Source: Sumerlaeia bacterium
GTDB lineage: Bacteria > Sumerlaeota > Sumerlaeia > MVZB01
DNA length: 64,000 nt
Reading direction: 5' to 3'
Assembly (NCBI GenBank): GCA_041687335.1
Contig: JAWLCE010000006.1
Location: 6,620 to 70,619 of the forward strand
In this document: piece after piece, positions 50,904 to 59,933 of the stretch
How the letters are laid out: each line of letters begins with the position of its first letter
Position numbering within the stretch: position 1 is the stretch's first letter
Notes under the pieces: model-generated
What the model was told of the DNA's origin: nothing
Seen by the model: the letters and a program-made list of their open reading frames with translations, nothing else
Databases searched by the model: none
Program-made: the position numbers and the translations under genes

Positions 50904-51314
50904 TAAAGCCATGTCGGGTCAAAGACCCGACCTACCTCTTGGTGTCCGTAACGGAATTAGGATGCGCCCGCGGGCAGGTCGATTTTTTCCGCGCCCGCCC
51001 GGGCTCGGGGGTCCCGCAGGCCGGGGCCTGCCCATGGGAAGTTTTGTCTTCATCAACCGCCAAAGTTGTAGTTGGCTGCACATCGACGCCGATATTTTGC
51101 AGTCGGGTTCACACATTGACAACCGGAGTGGGCGATCGCTGCCTGCCGCGCCGGTTAGGAAAGGAAATCAAAAACGCTAATTTCAATGACTCCAAACGGC
51201 TAAGTAATTTTCTGAAAGCGACATCAGGGGAGGCATGTATGTTGCGTAGGGGTTTCTGCGTGTGTCGGACCAATTTGGTGTTTAATCTGCCCTGAAGGAA
51301 GAATCGCTCAAGCC

Positions 51315-52817
51315 ATGCCGCAATATCTGCAAAGCCCGACGGTTTGGTTGCTTTTTGTTCTCAGCTTCGGCGCCACCTTCCTCCTGACGCCGCTGGTGAT
51401 CAGGCTGGCGCGCCGGATCGGCGCCGTCGACGTCGGCGGCCACCGCAAGGTCTATCAGGGCAATCCGATGCCGCTGCTGGGCGGGCTCGCCGTGGGGCTG
51501 CCCTTCCTCTTGATCTGCCTCTTCGGCGCCCTGGAGCTGACCGGCATGTTCGAGCTGGTCGGCCACAAAAGCCAGGGCTTCATCGCGATGGGTCTGGCCG
51601 GCGGCATCATCCTCGGGCTGGGCGTCTTCGACGACCTCTACGGCCTGCAGGCCTCAAGCAAGTTTCTCGGCCAGATCCTCGCCGCGATGGTGATCTGCTT
51701 CTCCGGCCACGCCATCCGCGCCATCGAAATCCCGGGCATCGGCCTGTTTCAGCTCGACCACTCGGTCGGGATCGCCGTGACGGTCCTCTGGATCGTCGGC
51801 GTGACCAACGCCTTCAACCTGATCGATGGCATCGATGGGCTGGCCGCGGGGCTGGGCCTGATCGCCGCGCTGGGGCTGGCGGCCGTGGGGATTCTGACCG
51901 GCGGGACCGTGGCGGTGCTGCTGTCGGTGGCCTTGGCGGGCAGCCTGCTCGCCTTCCTGTTCTTCAACTTCAACCCGGCCCGCATCTTCCTCGGTGATAC
52001 AGGCAGCATGTTTATCGGCTTCATGCTGGCCAACATCTCGCTGCTCAGTTCGCTCAAGGCTTCCGGCTCGATCATCTTCCTGGTGCCGGTGGTGCTCATC
52101 CTCAGCCTGCCGCTGCTCGATACCTCGACCTCGATGATCCGGCGCTACCTGCGCGGCCGGCCGATCTTCAGCGGCGACCAGAACCACATCCACCACCGCC
52201 TGCTGCGCAAGGGCTACTCTCACCGGCAGGTCGCGCTGACCCTCTACGGCGTCGCCGCGCTGATGGGCACCATGGCGATCGTGATCAGTCTGGCGCAGGG
52301 GAGCGTCTGGCGGATCGCCGGGCTGGCCGGCTACGTCGCCTGCGCCATGGGGCTCATCTGGCTCTCGGACTACATGCGGCCGACCCAGGCGATCCAGCTG
52401 GCGATGTCGCGCCGGCGCAACCAAATGTTCACCGCCTTCGCCAAGTATGCCGCCATCCGGCTGTCCAGCCAGTTGGTCGACTCCGACGTCTCGCCGCGCG
52501 AGATCCTCTGGCTCATGTGTCGCGAGCTGAACCTGCGCTGGCTCGAAATCCGCTACACCGACGGCCAGCTGATCGCGCGCGCCCACAACGATGAGCTGGT
52601 CGAGCAGGAATCCCAGCCCGACGAGCAATACAGCATGAGCGTGCACGTTCGCGGCCAGCAGAAGCTGATCCTCTGCTTCCGCCCGCTGCGCCCCCTGGAC
52701 GAATATGCCCGCCACGACGTCCAGGCCTGCCTGGGCAACATCTTCGAGCAGACCCGGCTCTCCCTGCCGAGCCTGATCAGCAACCTGCAGTTGACCCGCC
52801 AGGAAAACGAGGCCTGA
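51315..52817 (+). CDS. wecA: Undecaprenyl-phosphate GlcNAc-1-phosphate transferase (WecA/TagO, MraY family) with a C-terminal soluble extension
   Basis: PLLGGLA, GVFDD, NAFNLIDGIDGLA, FLGDTGS, DQNHIHHRL. Confidence 0.9.
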   Translation: MPQYLQSPTVWLLFVLSFGATFLLTPLVIRLARRIGAVDVGGHRKVYQGNPMPLLGGLAVGLPFLLICLFGALELTGMFELVGHKSQGFIAMGLAGGIILGLGVFDDLYGLQASSKFLGQILAAMVICFSGHAIRAIEIPGIGLFQLDHSVGIAVTVLWIVGVTNAFNLIDGIDGLAAGLGLIAALGLAAVGILTGGTVAVLLSVALAGSLLAFLFFNFNPARIFLGDTGSMFIGFMLANISLLSSLKASGSIIFLVPVVLILSLPLLDTSTSMIRRYLRGRPIFSGDQNHIHHRLLRKGYSHRQVALTLYGVAALMGTMAIVISLAQGSVWRIAGLAGYVACAMGLIWLSDYMRPTQAIQLAMSRRRNQMFTAFAKYAAIRLSSQLVDSDVSPREILWLMCRELNLRWLEIRYTDGQLIARAHNDELVEQESQPDEQYSMSVHVRGQQKLILCFRPLRPLDEYARHDVQACLGNIFEQTRLSLPSLISNLQLTRQENEA

Positions 52818-52848
52818 CCCCTTTCCCAGTCCTCGCCACCCCGGCGGA

Positions 52849-52890
52849 TGCGGGCGTTCGGGATGACCCCCCGGACGCCCACATTTTTTT
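52849..52890 (+). terminator. Rho-independent terminator
   Basis: gggcgttcggg...cccggacgccc followed by acattttttt. Confidence 0.7.
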
Positions 52891-52975
52891 GTGATCCGCA
52901 AAAAATCGGTTTCCGTTTCGCCGCCGACGGTATAAAAGGGTGATAGGAAGTGAGCCCGATCCAAGGACGGCGATC

Positions 52976-53347
52976 ATGCTGATGATTACGGCCGCGTTCC
53001 TTTTCCTCCGCTGGTCCCGCCGGCATGGAAGCCCCGCGCGCCGCCGTGCGTGCGATTCGGCGATCGCCTACCTCCAGCAGCAGTTGCCGGCGCTCGATTC
53101 CCCCCGGCGGCGTGAGATCTTCCAGTGGGTCGCGCGCGCCGAGCTGGGCGTCCAGCTGCTCGAAGTCTGCGACCAGCAGGGCCGCCCGCTCGTGGCGTTC
53201 GCGCCCGAGGCCGGCGGTGCCCCCGACTGGTCCGACGTGCTTTACCTGCGCACGCGCGATGGCCGCTCGCTCGGGGTTCGCTTCCTCCCCTGCGCCCCCC
53301 AGCCCAGCCACCTTCACACGCTCCACCGGATTTTCTCGCAGATGTGA
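52976..53347 (+). CDS. Small protein resembling the WecA C-terminal extension
   Basis: N-terminal hydrophobic segment plus RWSRR; SPRRREIFQWVARAELGVQLLEVCDQQGRPL aligns by eye with SPREILWLMCRELNLRWLEIRYTDGQLI of WecA. Confidence 0.65.
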   Translation: MLMITAAFLFLRWSRRHGSPARRRACDSAIAYLQQQLPALDSPRRREIFQWVARAELGVQLLEVCDQQGRPLVAFAPEAGGAPDWSDVLYLRTRDGRSLGVRFLPCAPQPSHLHTLHRIFSQM

Positions 53348-53381
53348 TGCCCCCGACCGCCGCAGGCCGGGCGCGACCCCC

Positions 53382-54470
53382 TCAGGGCTGCGCGGCCAGC
53401 GGCCTCGCATAAATCCCCAGGTGGTTCCCCACCGGCGACTGGCGGCCGAGCAGGCCGGCGTTGATCGGGCTGTTGACCGCCCGCGCGCGCCCGCCCTGGC
53501 CGGCCATGACCATCGTCGAGCTGTCGCCCCCGTCCAGGTTGATGAAGCTGTCGCCGCCCAGCTCCAGCAGCATCTCGGCCACCTCGGCCATCGTCGCCCC
53601 CACGCTATAATTGGGCTGATAGCCGTCCACCACGATCAGGATCAGCACGTTGCGGTCACGGTCGAGCGCGGCGGCCGTGCGCGGCAGCCGCGGCTCGCCC
53701 GCCCGCTCGAGCGCGCGCAGGGGATCCAGTTCCCAGCCGCTGACGGCCTGATAATCGGTCAGCTCCCGGCCGATGCGGACCTGGTTGTCGGCGTCGATCG
53801 CGATCGTGATCGGGGCGCCCTCGGACCGGACGGGGGAGGAATAGGTCTCGCCGCGTGAGGCGGCATAGCCCTGGACGTCGACCGGGTCGCCCGAGCGCGG
53901 ATACGGCCGCAGCGGACTGCTGTTGTCGGTCGGGGAAAAGGGCGCGGCATTGATCGCCAGCTGCAGACCGTGGCGCTCGAGGAACTCCGCCGCCGTCCGC
54001 GCCGTCGTCTCGTAACCGGGCTGGGGCTCGGGCGGGGTGACGAGGAAGCCGATGCCGGGTGCGTCCAGCTCAATCTCGATCACGTGCGCCACCTGGGGTG
54101 GGTGCGGCCGAACCCGCCGCGTGTAGCAGACCCCCTCAAAGATGTGCCCGCTCACCGGCGGCGGCTGGGGGCGCTGATAAAGCACGATGAAGTAGCCCGC
54201 CCCCGCAAAGGTGGCCAGCGCCGGCAGCGCCAATAGCGGGGCCAGCGCGAGCAGGACGCCCCGCACCCAGCGCCGCCGCGCGCGCCAGGCCGCCAGCACC
54301 ACCAGCAGCACCGGCACCAGCAGCAACGACCCCAGCCCCGCCAGCCGCCCGATCACGTGCACCTCGCGCTCGAGGAATTCGCTCGAATCCTTGATCCCGG
54401 CAAGCCAGGGCAGCAGGGCGAGTAAATGATCCATTCCCGGTGCAGCCTTTCGCCAATGATCTAACCACAT
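53382..54470 (-). CDS. Phosphodiester glycosidase (NAGPA-like) family membrane protein
   Basis: LAINAAPF, PRTAAA, IVVDG, INLDGGDSSTM, VGNHLGI; N-terminal TM segments; start uncertain. Confidence 0.82.
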   Translation of the reverse strand: MWLDHWRKAAPGMDHLLALLPWLAGIKDSSEFLEREVHVIGRLAGLGSLLLVPVLLVVLAAWRARRRWVRGVLLALAPLLALPALATFAGAGYFIVLYQRPQPPPVSGHIFEGVCYTRRVRPHPPQVAHVIEIELDAPGIGFLVTPPEPQPGYETTARTAAEFLERHGLQLAINAAPFSPTDNSSPLRPYPRSGDPVDVQGYAASRGETYSSPVRSEGAPITIAIDADNQVRIGRELTDYQAVSGWELDPLRALERAGEPRLPRTAAALDRDRNVLILIVVDGYQPNYSVGATMAEVAEMLLELGGDSFINLDGGDSSTMVMAGQGGRARAVNSPINAGLLGRQSPVGNHLGIYARPLAAQP

Positions 54471-54587
54471 CCCCCCGCCCCCCCGCGAGAATCAAGCGTG
54501 GGCCGAAAGGTGGCCAGGGCGAATCGCTCCGGAGCAATCGGCACTCCTTTGCCAGAGCTCCTTCGCTTGGCCCCTTCGAGGCCTGGA

Positions 54588-55019
54588 GTATGTGTTGAGC
54601 GACATCTGCCGACCCGTTGATCCTCCGGATGTCCTTGTCCAAGCCATGGAACAGATCGATACCTTGCCGTTTTTGCCGGCCACATAAGCCCCGGCAGGGG
54701 CGAAACATCACTAGCCCCGGGCGTGAGCCCGGGGTTAGGTGCCTGTGATTTCCAGAAGCCCCGGCAGGGGCGACACTTTGTTCGAGAGCAGCCAGGCGCT
54801 TTGCGAGATTTTCTTATGCCGCTGTGCTCAAGGCCACCGCATCAGCACCGCTGGAAACCAAAGCCGCGGCAGCGGCGAAATATGGTAGCCCCGTGCGTGA
54901 GCGCGGGGTTGGCGTGCCCCCTCCCCCCCTAAGCCGCGGTAGCGGCGACACAGTCTTGCTGCGCAAATTTGGGTCCGGCAGCCGTGACGTGTATGGCCAC
55001 CGCCTCGCTCAACACATAC
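54588..55019. repeat. REP cluster (aagcc[c/g]cgg[c/t]ag[g/c]ggcga x4) bracketed by a perfect 15-bp inverted repeat
   Basis: GTATGTGTTGAGCGA (54588) / TCGCTCAACACATAC (55005); palindromic units at 54686, 54756, 54861 and 54931. Confidence 0.65.
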
Positions 55020-55494
55020 GGCCCTTGATGTCTGGGCATTGGACCGGGGGGCCTTCGGAGCAAGGTGGTCAGCCCAATTTGGGTGATCTTGGCACCTTGG
55101 CGCTTTGGCGTGAACCATGATCCTTTCGTGGTTTCGTGCCCTGGACCAAACTTGCAATTGACCCCTCAGTATAAAAATGTATGCTGATGGCATGACGGTT
55201 CCAGGATGGAACGTAAACCCAGCGGCACCTGATTTAACAAGTTTTTGATTGTTCCCGGACATTACGGTCCAGAACTTGCGGCTCAAGGTTTCGCCCGGCA
55301 GGGCTTTGCCTCGGCAAAGCGAATGATTGCAATCATGTAGTGTGGAGCGGGGGTTGGACGGGGCCGCGGGGGATTGAACTGGCCTGCACACTCAGCGCTT
55401 CATTTATGCAAACATTGTTCACTTTTGGCGGGCGCAAGCCGCAGGCGGTTCCTCCCGCGGGTGGGAAAACAGCAAACTTGAGGTCACGGCACCG

Positions 55495-56436
55495 TTGAGC
55501 ATTCAGGAAACACAGTCCCCGCCCGCGCCCCACCAGCTCCGGTTTCAATACCGGGCCTACGGATTGGGGATCGAGTCCAACTTCGAGCTGGCCGAGCTCG
55601 ACAGCCGGCCGGGGCCGGTCGAGGTGACGATCCGGCAGCGGCTGACCACCCCGCCCCACGACCCGGCCGGGCAGCAGGGCTTCCTGCGCTTCGACCGCGA
55701 GGAGATCACCTACGTCTGCCAGCCGGTCGGGGTCTTCCGCCTCAGCGCGGGGCGGATGATCGAGTTCTGGCTGACCCCCGGCGTGGAACAGGATTTCGTG
55801 CGCTACTTCCTGATCGGTAACCTGATGGCGATGCTGCTCCACCAGCGTGGCCGATTGGTGCTGCACGCCAGCTGCGTCGGCGTGGGCGAGCAGGGCGCCA
55901 TCGCGTTTGTCGGCCAGTCCGGGGCGGGCAAGTCCACGATCGCGGCGGCCTTCGACGCCGCTGGTCACCCGATCATCTCCGATGACATCGCGGCGGTCGA
56001 CCTCGAGCGCGGGCTGGAGGTGCCCACCGGCTACTCCTTCTTCAAGATCGCGCCGGCGGCGGCCGACGCATTGGGCTTCGACGCGGCTCAGTTGACCTAT
56101 CTGCACACTCACGAGCCGCACAAGAAGGGGCTGGTGATCCGCAACCAAGCCGAGGCCGACCGCCCGCGCCGCCTGCTGGGGATTTTTCTGCTGGCCATTG
56201 GCGAGGCCGACGAGCTGGCGCCGGTGCCCGCCCGCGAGGCGCTGCTCGCGCTGCTCCAGCACACCTTCCCGACCCGGCTCAACCAGCGCGATGATGGGCA
56301 GCAGCTCCGGCAGTTGGCGGCGCTGGTGGGCCGTGTGTCGATCTATCAGTTCCAGCGCCCGCCGGGGCTCGACAAGCTGGATCTGCAGGTGGAGCGCATC
56401 CTCTCGATTGTTCGGCCGGAGCAACGGCATCAGTAA
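55495..56436 (+). CDS. HPr-kinase-like P-loop kinase (lasso peptide kinase type; TTG start)
   Basis: YRAYGLGIES N-terminus, LHASCV, GQSGAGKST, ISDD; directly upstream of the lasso cyclase. Confidence 0.85.
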   Translation: MSIQETQSPPAPHQLRFQYRAYGLGIESNFELAELDSRPGPVEVTIRQRLTTPPHDPAGQQGFLRFDREEITYVCQPVGVFRLSAGRMIEFWLTPGVEQDFVRYFLIGNLMAMLLHQRGRLVLHASCVGVGEQGAIAFVGQSGAGKSTIAAAFDAAGHPIISDDIAAVDLERGLEVPTGYSFFKIAPAAADALGFDAAQLTYLHTHEPHKKGLVIRNQAEADRPRRLLGIFLLAIGEADELAPVPAREALLALLQHTFPTRLNQRDDGQQLRQLAALVGRVSIYQFQRPPGLDKLDLQVERILSIVRPEQRHQ

Positions 56437-56500
56437 TGCCATTGAATGAAAGGCTGCCACTACCTATGACGGGGGCTGGCGAACACGCAAGGGATCAGGC

Positions 56501-58378
56501 ATGGGGCAGTTTACGATAAATTTCTCCGTCAGGGGCGACCGAGCGCGGGCTTCGGGGCATCGTGCCCCCGCCCATGCCGTCCCGCCCGCCCTTGGCTGGA
56601 CGGACGACTGCTGCGTCATCCACTGGCAGCCGTCTGAATGGGAGCGGCATGATCGATTGGCGCATGGTTTCCACAAGACCAGGGGATATGTGGTTGCTGC
56701 CGACGTGCGACTGGACCAGCGGCAGGAGCTTGTTGATCTGCTGGGTGAAGGGCGCAGGGGTGACGAGATCAGTGATGGCGAGCTGATCGGGATGGCTTGG
56801 GAGAAGTGGGCCTCAGATTTTCCGACGCGGCTGACGGGCGACTTTTCGATCGTGATTTATGATCGCATCCGCCGCGCCATCATCTGCGCGCGTGATCACA
56901 TGGCTATCCGTCCACTGTATTACAGCCTGGATTCTGACCGGCTGCTGGTCGGCTCGAGCATGGACTGCATTCTCTCTGGGATGGCGGAGACGCCCGAGCT
57001 GAGCGAGCACTATCTGGCTGATTACTCCAGGCTTGATTTCTCTAATCGGACGCGGACGATCTACAAGACAATTCAACGGTTGCCGGGCGGTTACATGCTT
57101 CAATTTGATGGAGAACGCATTGAGCGGCGTGACTACTGGCAGCCCGACTTGAGCGAGTTGGGTTTGAAGTCGGATGGGGACTATGTCGAGCTGATGCGCG
57201 AGAGCTTCGCGATGGCGGTTCGTGACCGACTCAGGGGCAATTCCCGTGTCGGCGGCGAAATGAGTGGCGGCCTGGACAGCTCGTCCGTCGCCTGCATGGC
57301 TCATCGCCAATTGGTTGGCGAGGGCCGGGAAAGTTTTTGGGCCTATGGTGCGGTTTTTCCCCAGCGCAGCCTGACGCACCGGCGAATTGACGAGCGGGAA
57401 TACCAGCAGGCCATCGCCGACCATACCGGGATGATTTACCGGCCGCTGGACATGGATGGACTCGAACCGATGGTCGAGTGTCTGTGGAACGGGAGTACCC
57501 CAATTGTCGCCATCAATACATATATTGATATTCACATTGCACAACAGGCTCGAATGGATGGGGTTGATTGCCTGCTGACCGGTTACGATGGGGACTCGGT
57601 GCTATCACATGGTTATGAATTGCTCAATCACCTGCTGCTGCGCGGTCGATGGGTGAGGCTGCTCGAGGAGGCGCGGCAGTTATCGCGCCACAAGGGTCGT
57701 GGCCGCAAGGTTTGGCTTTATCAATTTGCTTTGCGCCCCAGCCTGCCAGAGGTGATTGCGAACCGGCTGGACTGCTGGTTGATGGGGCGGCAACCGAAGG
57801 CTCCGCACTATGGCAACCCATTGTTGCAGTCGCTGGAAGATGAGCTAGATAATGACTCCGCACCGAGGCAGCTTAAGGGCGCGCAGGGACATTTCTACGG
57901 GCTGCGGGGGGGGCTGCTGGGCTTGGCGGTGGAATCCCTGCGCCAGCTCGGCGATCAGTTCGGGGTGCAGTATCTATTCCCTTTCTTTGACCGGCGCCTG
58001 ATTGAGCTTAGTCTGCGGATACCGCTGCGGCTGCGATTAAACAGGGGCTTGGACCGCCACCTGTTCCGTCAGGCGATGCAAGGCATTGTTCCCGACGTGG
58101 TGCGCCTGCGACCTGGCAAGGCGGATTTGAGCTCGAACTTTTTATTTCATCTTAACCTGCATAAAGATGCCTTTTTGTCCTCGGTTTCCGGTGTTGACAA
58201 CTTCATGAAATCGATATTTGACACCCACCGTCTGGCAGAGGACACGCGCAGGGCGGCAGGAACGAGTGAAAAAACATATATCGCGCTCCACATGGCGGCC
58301 CTGCTGGGCAAATGGTTCGAAAAGCAAAAATTTGGACGAACGGGGAATGGCGTCCTACTCCAGACAGAAAGGAGGTGA
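56501..58378 (+). CDS. Lasso peptide cyclase (C protein, asparagine-synthetase-like)
   Basis: ADVRLDQRQEL, GDFSIVIYD, ARDHMAIRPLYY, MSGGLDSSSV, LTGYDGD, PFFDRRLIE; no N-terminal Cys of AsnB; followed by a precursor. Confidence 0.85.
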   Translation: MGQFTINFSVRGDRARASGHRAPAHAVPPALGWTDDCCVIHWQPSEWERHDRLAHGFHKTRGYVVAADVRLDQRQELVDLLGEGRRGDEISDGELIGMAWEKWASDFPTRLTGDFSIVIYDRIRRAIICARDHMAIRPLYYSLDSDRLLVGSSMDCILSGMAETPELSEHYLADYSRLDFSNRTRTIYKTIQRLPGGYMLQFDGERIERRDYWQPDLSELGLKSDGDYVELMRESFAMAVRDRLRGNSRVGGEMSGGLDSSSVACMAHRQLVGEGRESFWAYGAVFPQRSLTHRRIDEREYQQAIADHTGMIYRPLDMDGLEPMVECLWNGSTPIVAINTYIDIHIAQQARMDGVDCLLTGYDGDSVLSHGYELLNHLLLRGRWVRLLEEARQLSRHKGRGRKVWLYQFALRPSLPEVIANRLDCWLMGRQPKAPHYGNPLLQSLEDELDNDSAPRQLKGAQGHFYGLRGGLLGLAVESLRQLGDQFGVQYLFPFFDRRLIELSLRIPLRLRLNRGLDRHLFRQAMQGIVPDVVRLRPGKADLSSNFLFHLNLHKDAFLSSVSGVDNFMKSIFDTHRLAEDTRRAAGTSEKTYIALHMAALLGKWFEKQKFGRTGNGVLLQTERR

Positions 58379-58382
58379 TTAC

Positions 58383-58520
58383 ATGAAAAAATGGACTAAG
58401 CCGACGTTGCAGAAGCATGGCAAAATGGAAGATCTGACGTTACGGACAAGCAATAACAAGGACTTTGGATCAGATGACGGCCTGACCTTTCAGGGGCAGC
58501 CTGTTGACTACACGAGCTGA
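58383..58520 (+). CDS. Lasso peptide precursor, 45 aa: MKKWTKPTLQKHGKMEDLTLRTSNNKDFGSDDGLTFQGQPVDYTS
   Basis: Strong SD AAAGGAGGTGA; leader WxxPxLxxxGxxxxxT RRE-binding motif; Asp-containing core; C-terminal Ser. Confidence 0.88.
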   Translation: MKKWTKPTLQKHGKMEDLTLRTSNNKDFGSDDGLTFQGQPVDYTS

Positions 58521-58524
58521 TTCA

Positions 58525-58596
58525 AAGTCCTGAAGTAGGCAAAAACAGGAGAAACCCCCGTTCGTCCAAATGTTTTTGCCGGTTGCAGGACGACTT
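58525..58596 (+). terminator. Long hairpin directly after the precursor (terminator or mRNA-stabilising stem)
   Basis: gtcctg...ggcaaaaaca pairs with tgtttttgcc...caggac. Confidence 0.5.
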
Positions 58597-58919
58597 CAAT
58601 TTTTTGCGGGGTGGTCACGAGAAGGAAGATGGGCAACACCTCTGCTGGAAGTGGCAGGGTTTCGCGATCAAAAAATGATCGCCGAGCATCAACCATTCGT
58701 TCATGCTTTGGTGGTCATTGAATCCGGCCGCACGATGCAACCCATCAGTGGCGTGCCGGGGAGATTAACAAGGGGGGCTGGTTTTGAAGTCTCCCGTGGG
58801 CTGGAATGTTCTGGGCACCGACCGGAGGAGGTCGTCAGGCTCACCCCCGGCAGTTCGCCGCCCCCTTCGGGGCGCCCTGTTATGTCGTGTCTCATCAGGC
58901 GCCAAAAGGTTTGGAGTGA

Positions 58920-59933
58920 ATGGCAGAGCAGTGCCCGGCAGTCGCGGTTGAAGGGGTGACCAAGGTCTTCCGGCCGCCGTTTCAGCGGCTGCGGCGGCTG
59001 CTGCGGCGGCGGGCGCGGCCGGTGAAGGCGCTCGACGGCGTCGATCTCGCCATCCCGCGCGGTGAGATCTTTGGCCTCGTCGGGCGCAACGGCCAGGGCA
59101 AGACCACCCTCATTAAAAGCATCGCCAGCCTGATCGAGCCCACCGCCGGCGCCATCCGCGTCTTTGGCCACGACACCCGGCGCGACAGCTACGAGGTCAA
59201 GCGCCGGGTGGGGCTGGTCAGCGCCGACGAGCGCAGCTTCTATGGCCGCCTGACCGGCTGGCAGAACCTGATGTTCTTCGCCCGGCTCAATGCGATGGCC
59301 CCCGCCAAAACCGCCCGCCAGGTGGCCGAGCTCGCCGACTGGCTCGAGTTCACCCCTAACCTGCACCGCAAGTTCCACGAATACTCGACCGGCAACAAGC
59401 AGCGCCTCGCGATCCTGCGCGCGCTGATGACCAACGCCGAGCTGATCCTGCTCGACGAGCCGACGCGCAGCCTCGACCCGATCTCGGCCGACGAGCTGCG
59501 CCGGCTGATCCGCGACAAGCTCAACGCCGAGCAGGGCAAGACGATCCTCATCACGACCCACAACCTGCAGGAGGTCGAGGACCTCTGCGGCCGGGTCGGC
59601 ATCATCAGCCAGGGCCGCATCCGCCGCTGCGCGCTGATGGCCGACCTGAAGCGCAGCCACGGCGCACGCGAGCGGGTCCGCCTCCGGGTGCGCGGCCTGG
59701 CCGAGCCCGCCTCCCTCGCGCTCCGGGTGCCCGAGGCCGAGGGGCTTGTCTGGCAACCGCTCGAGGAGGGCCGGCTCGAAATCGGCTTCACCCGCCAGGG
59801 CGGCGACGATGTCCTGCACCGGATGCTGACAGCGCTGGTGGCGCTGGGCGGCGAGATCGAGAGCTGCGAGAGCCGCCGCGACGGCCTGCGCGAGATCATG
59901 GACCTGGTCGAGGCGGGGGAGGCGGCGTCATGA
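58920..59933 (+). CDS. ABC-2 type transporter ATP-binding subunit
   Basis: GRNGQGKTT, YSTGNKQR, LLDEPT, TTHNL. Confidence 0.92.
   Translation: MAEQCPAVAVEGVTKVFRPPFQRLRRLLRRRARPVKALDGVDLAIPRGEIFGLVGRNGQGKTTLIKSIASLIEPTAGAIRVFGHDTRRDSYEVKRRVGLVSADERSFYGRLTGWQNLMFFARLNAMAPAKTARQVAELADWLEFTPNLHRKFHEYSTGNKQRLAILRALMTNAELILLDEPTRSLDPISADELRRLIRDKLNAEQGKTILITTHNLQEVEDLCGRVGIISQGRIRRCALMADLKRSHGARERVRLRVRGLAEPASLALRVPEAEGLVWQPLEEGRLEIGFTRQGGDDVLHRMLTALVALGGEIESCESRRDGLREIMDLVEAGEAAS

Noticed and set aside
56501-58378. Ordinary asparagine synthetase AsnB
   Set aside because: It lacks the N-terminal catalytic Cys and is flanked by a lasso-type precursor and kinase.
58218-58520. 100-aa ORF as listed in the track
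   Set aside because: The upstream part overlaps the cyclase; the strong SD points to ATG 58383 and a 45-aa product.
58538-58600. c-di-GMP-I riboswitch (GGCAAA...GAAA)
   Set aside because: The stem around GAAA pairs poorly and the GACGCAAA element is absent; a simple hairpin explains it better.
58570-58959. Possible lasso B protein in the gap after the precursor
   Set aside because: The translation shows no PqqD/RRE or Cys-His-Asp transglutaminase-like motif, has a weak start and overlaps the hairpin.
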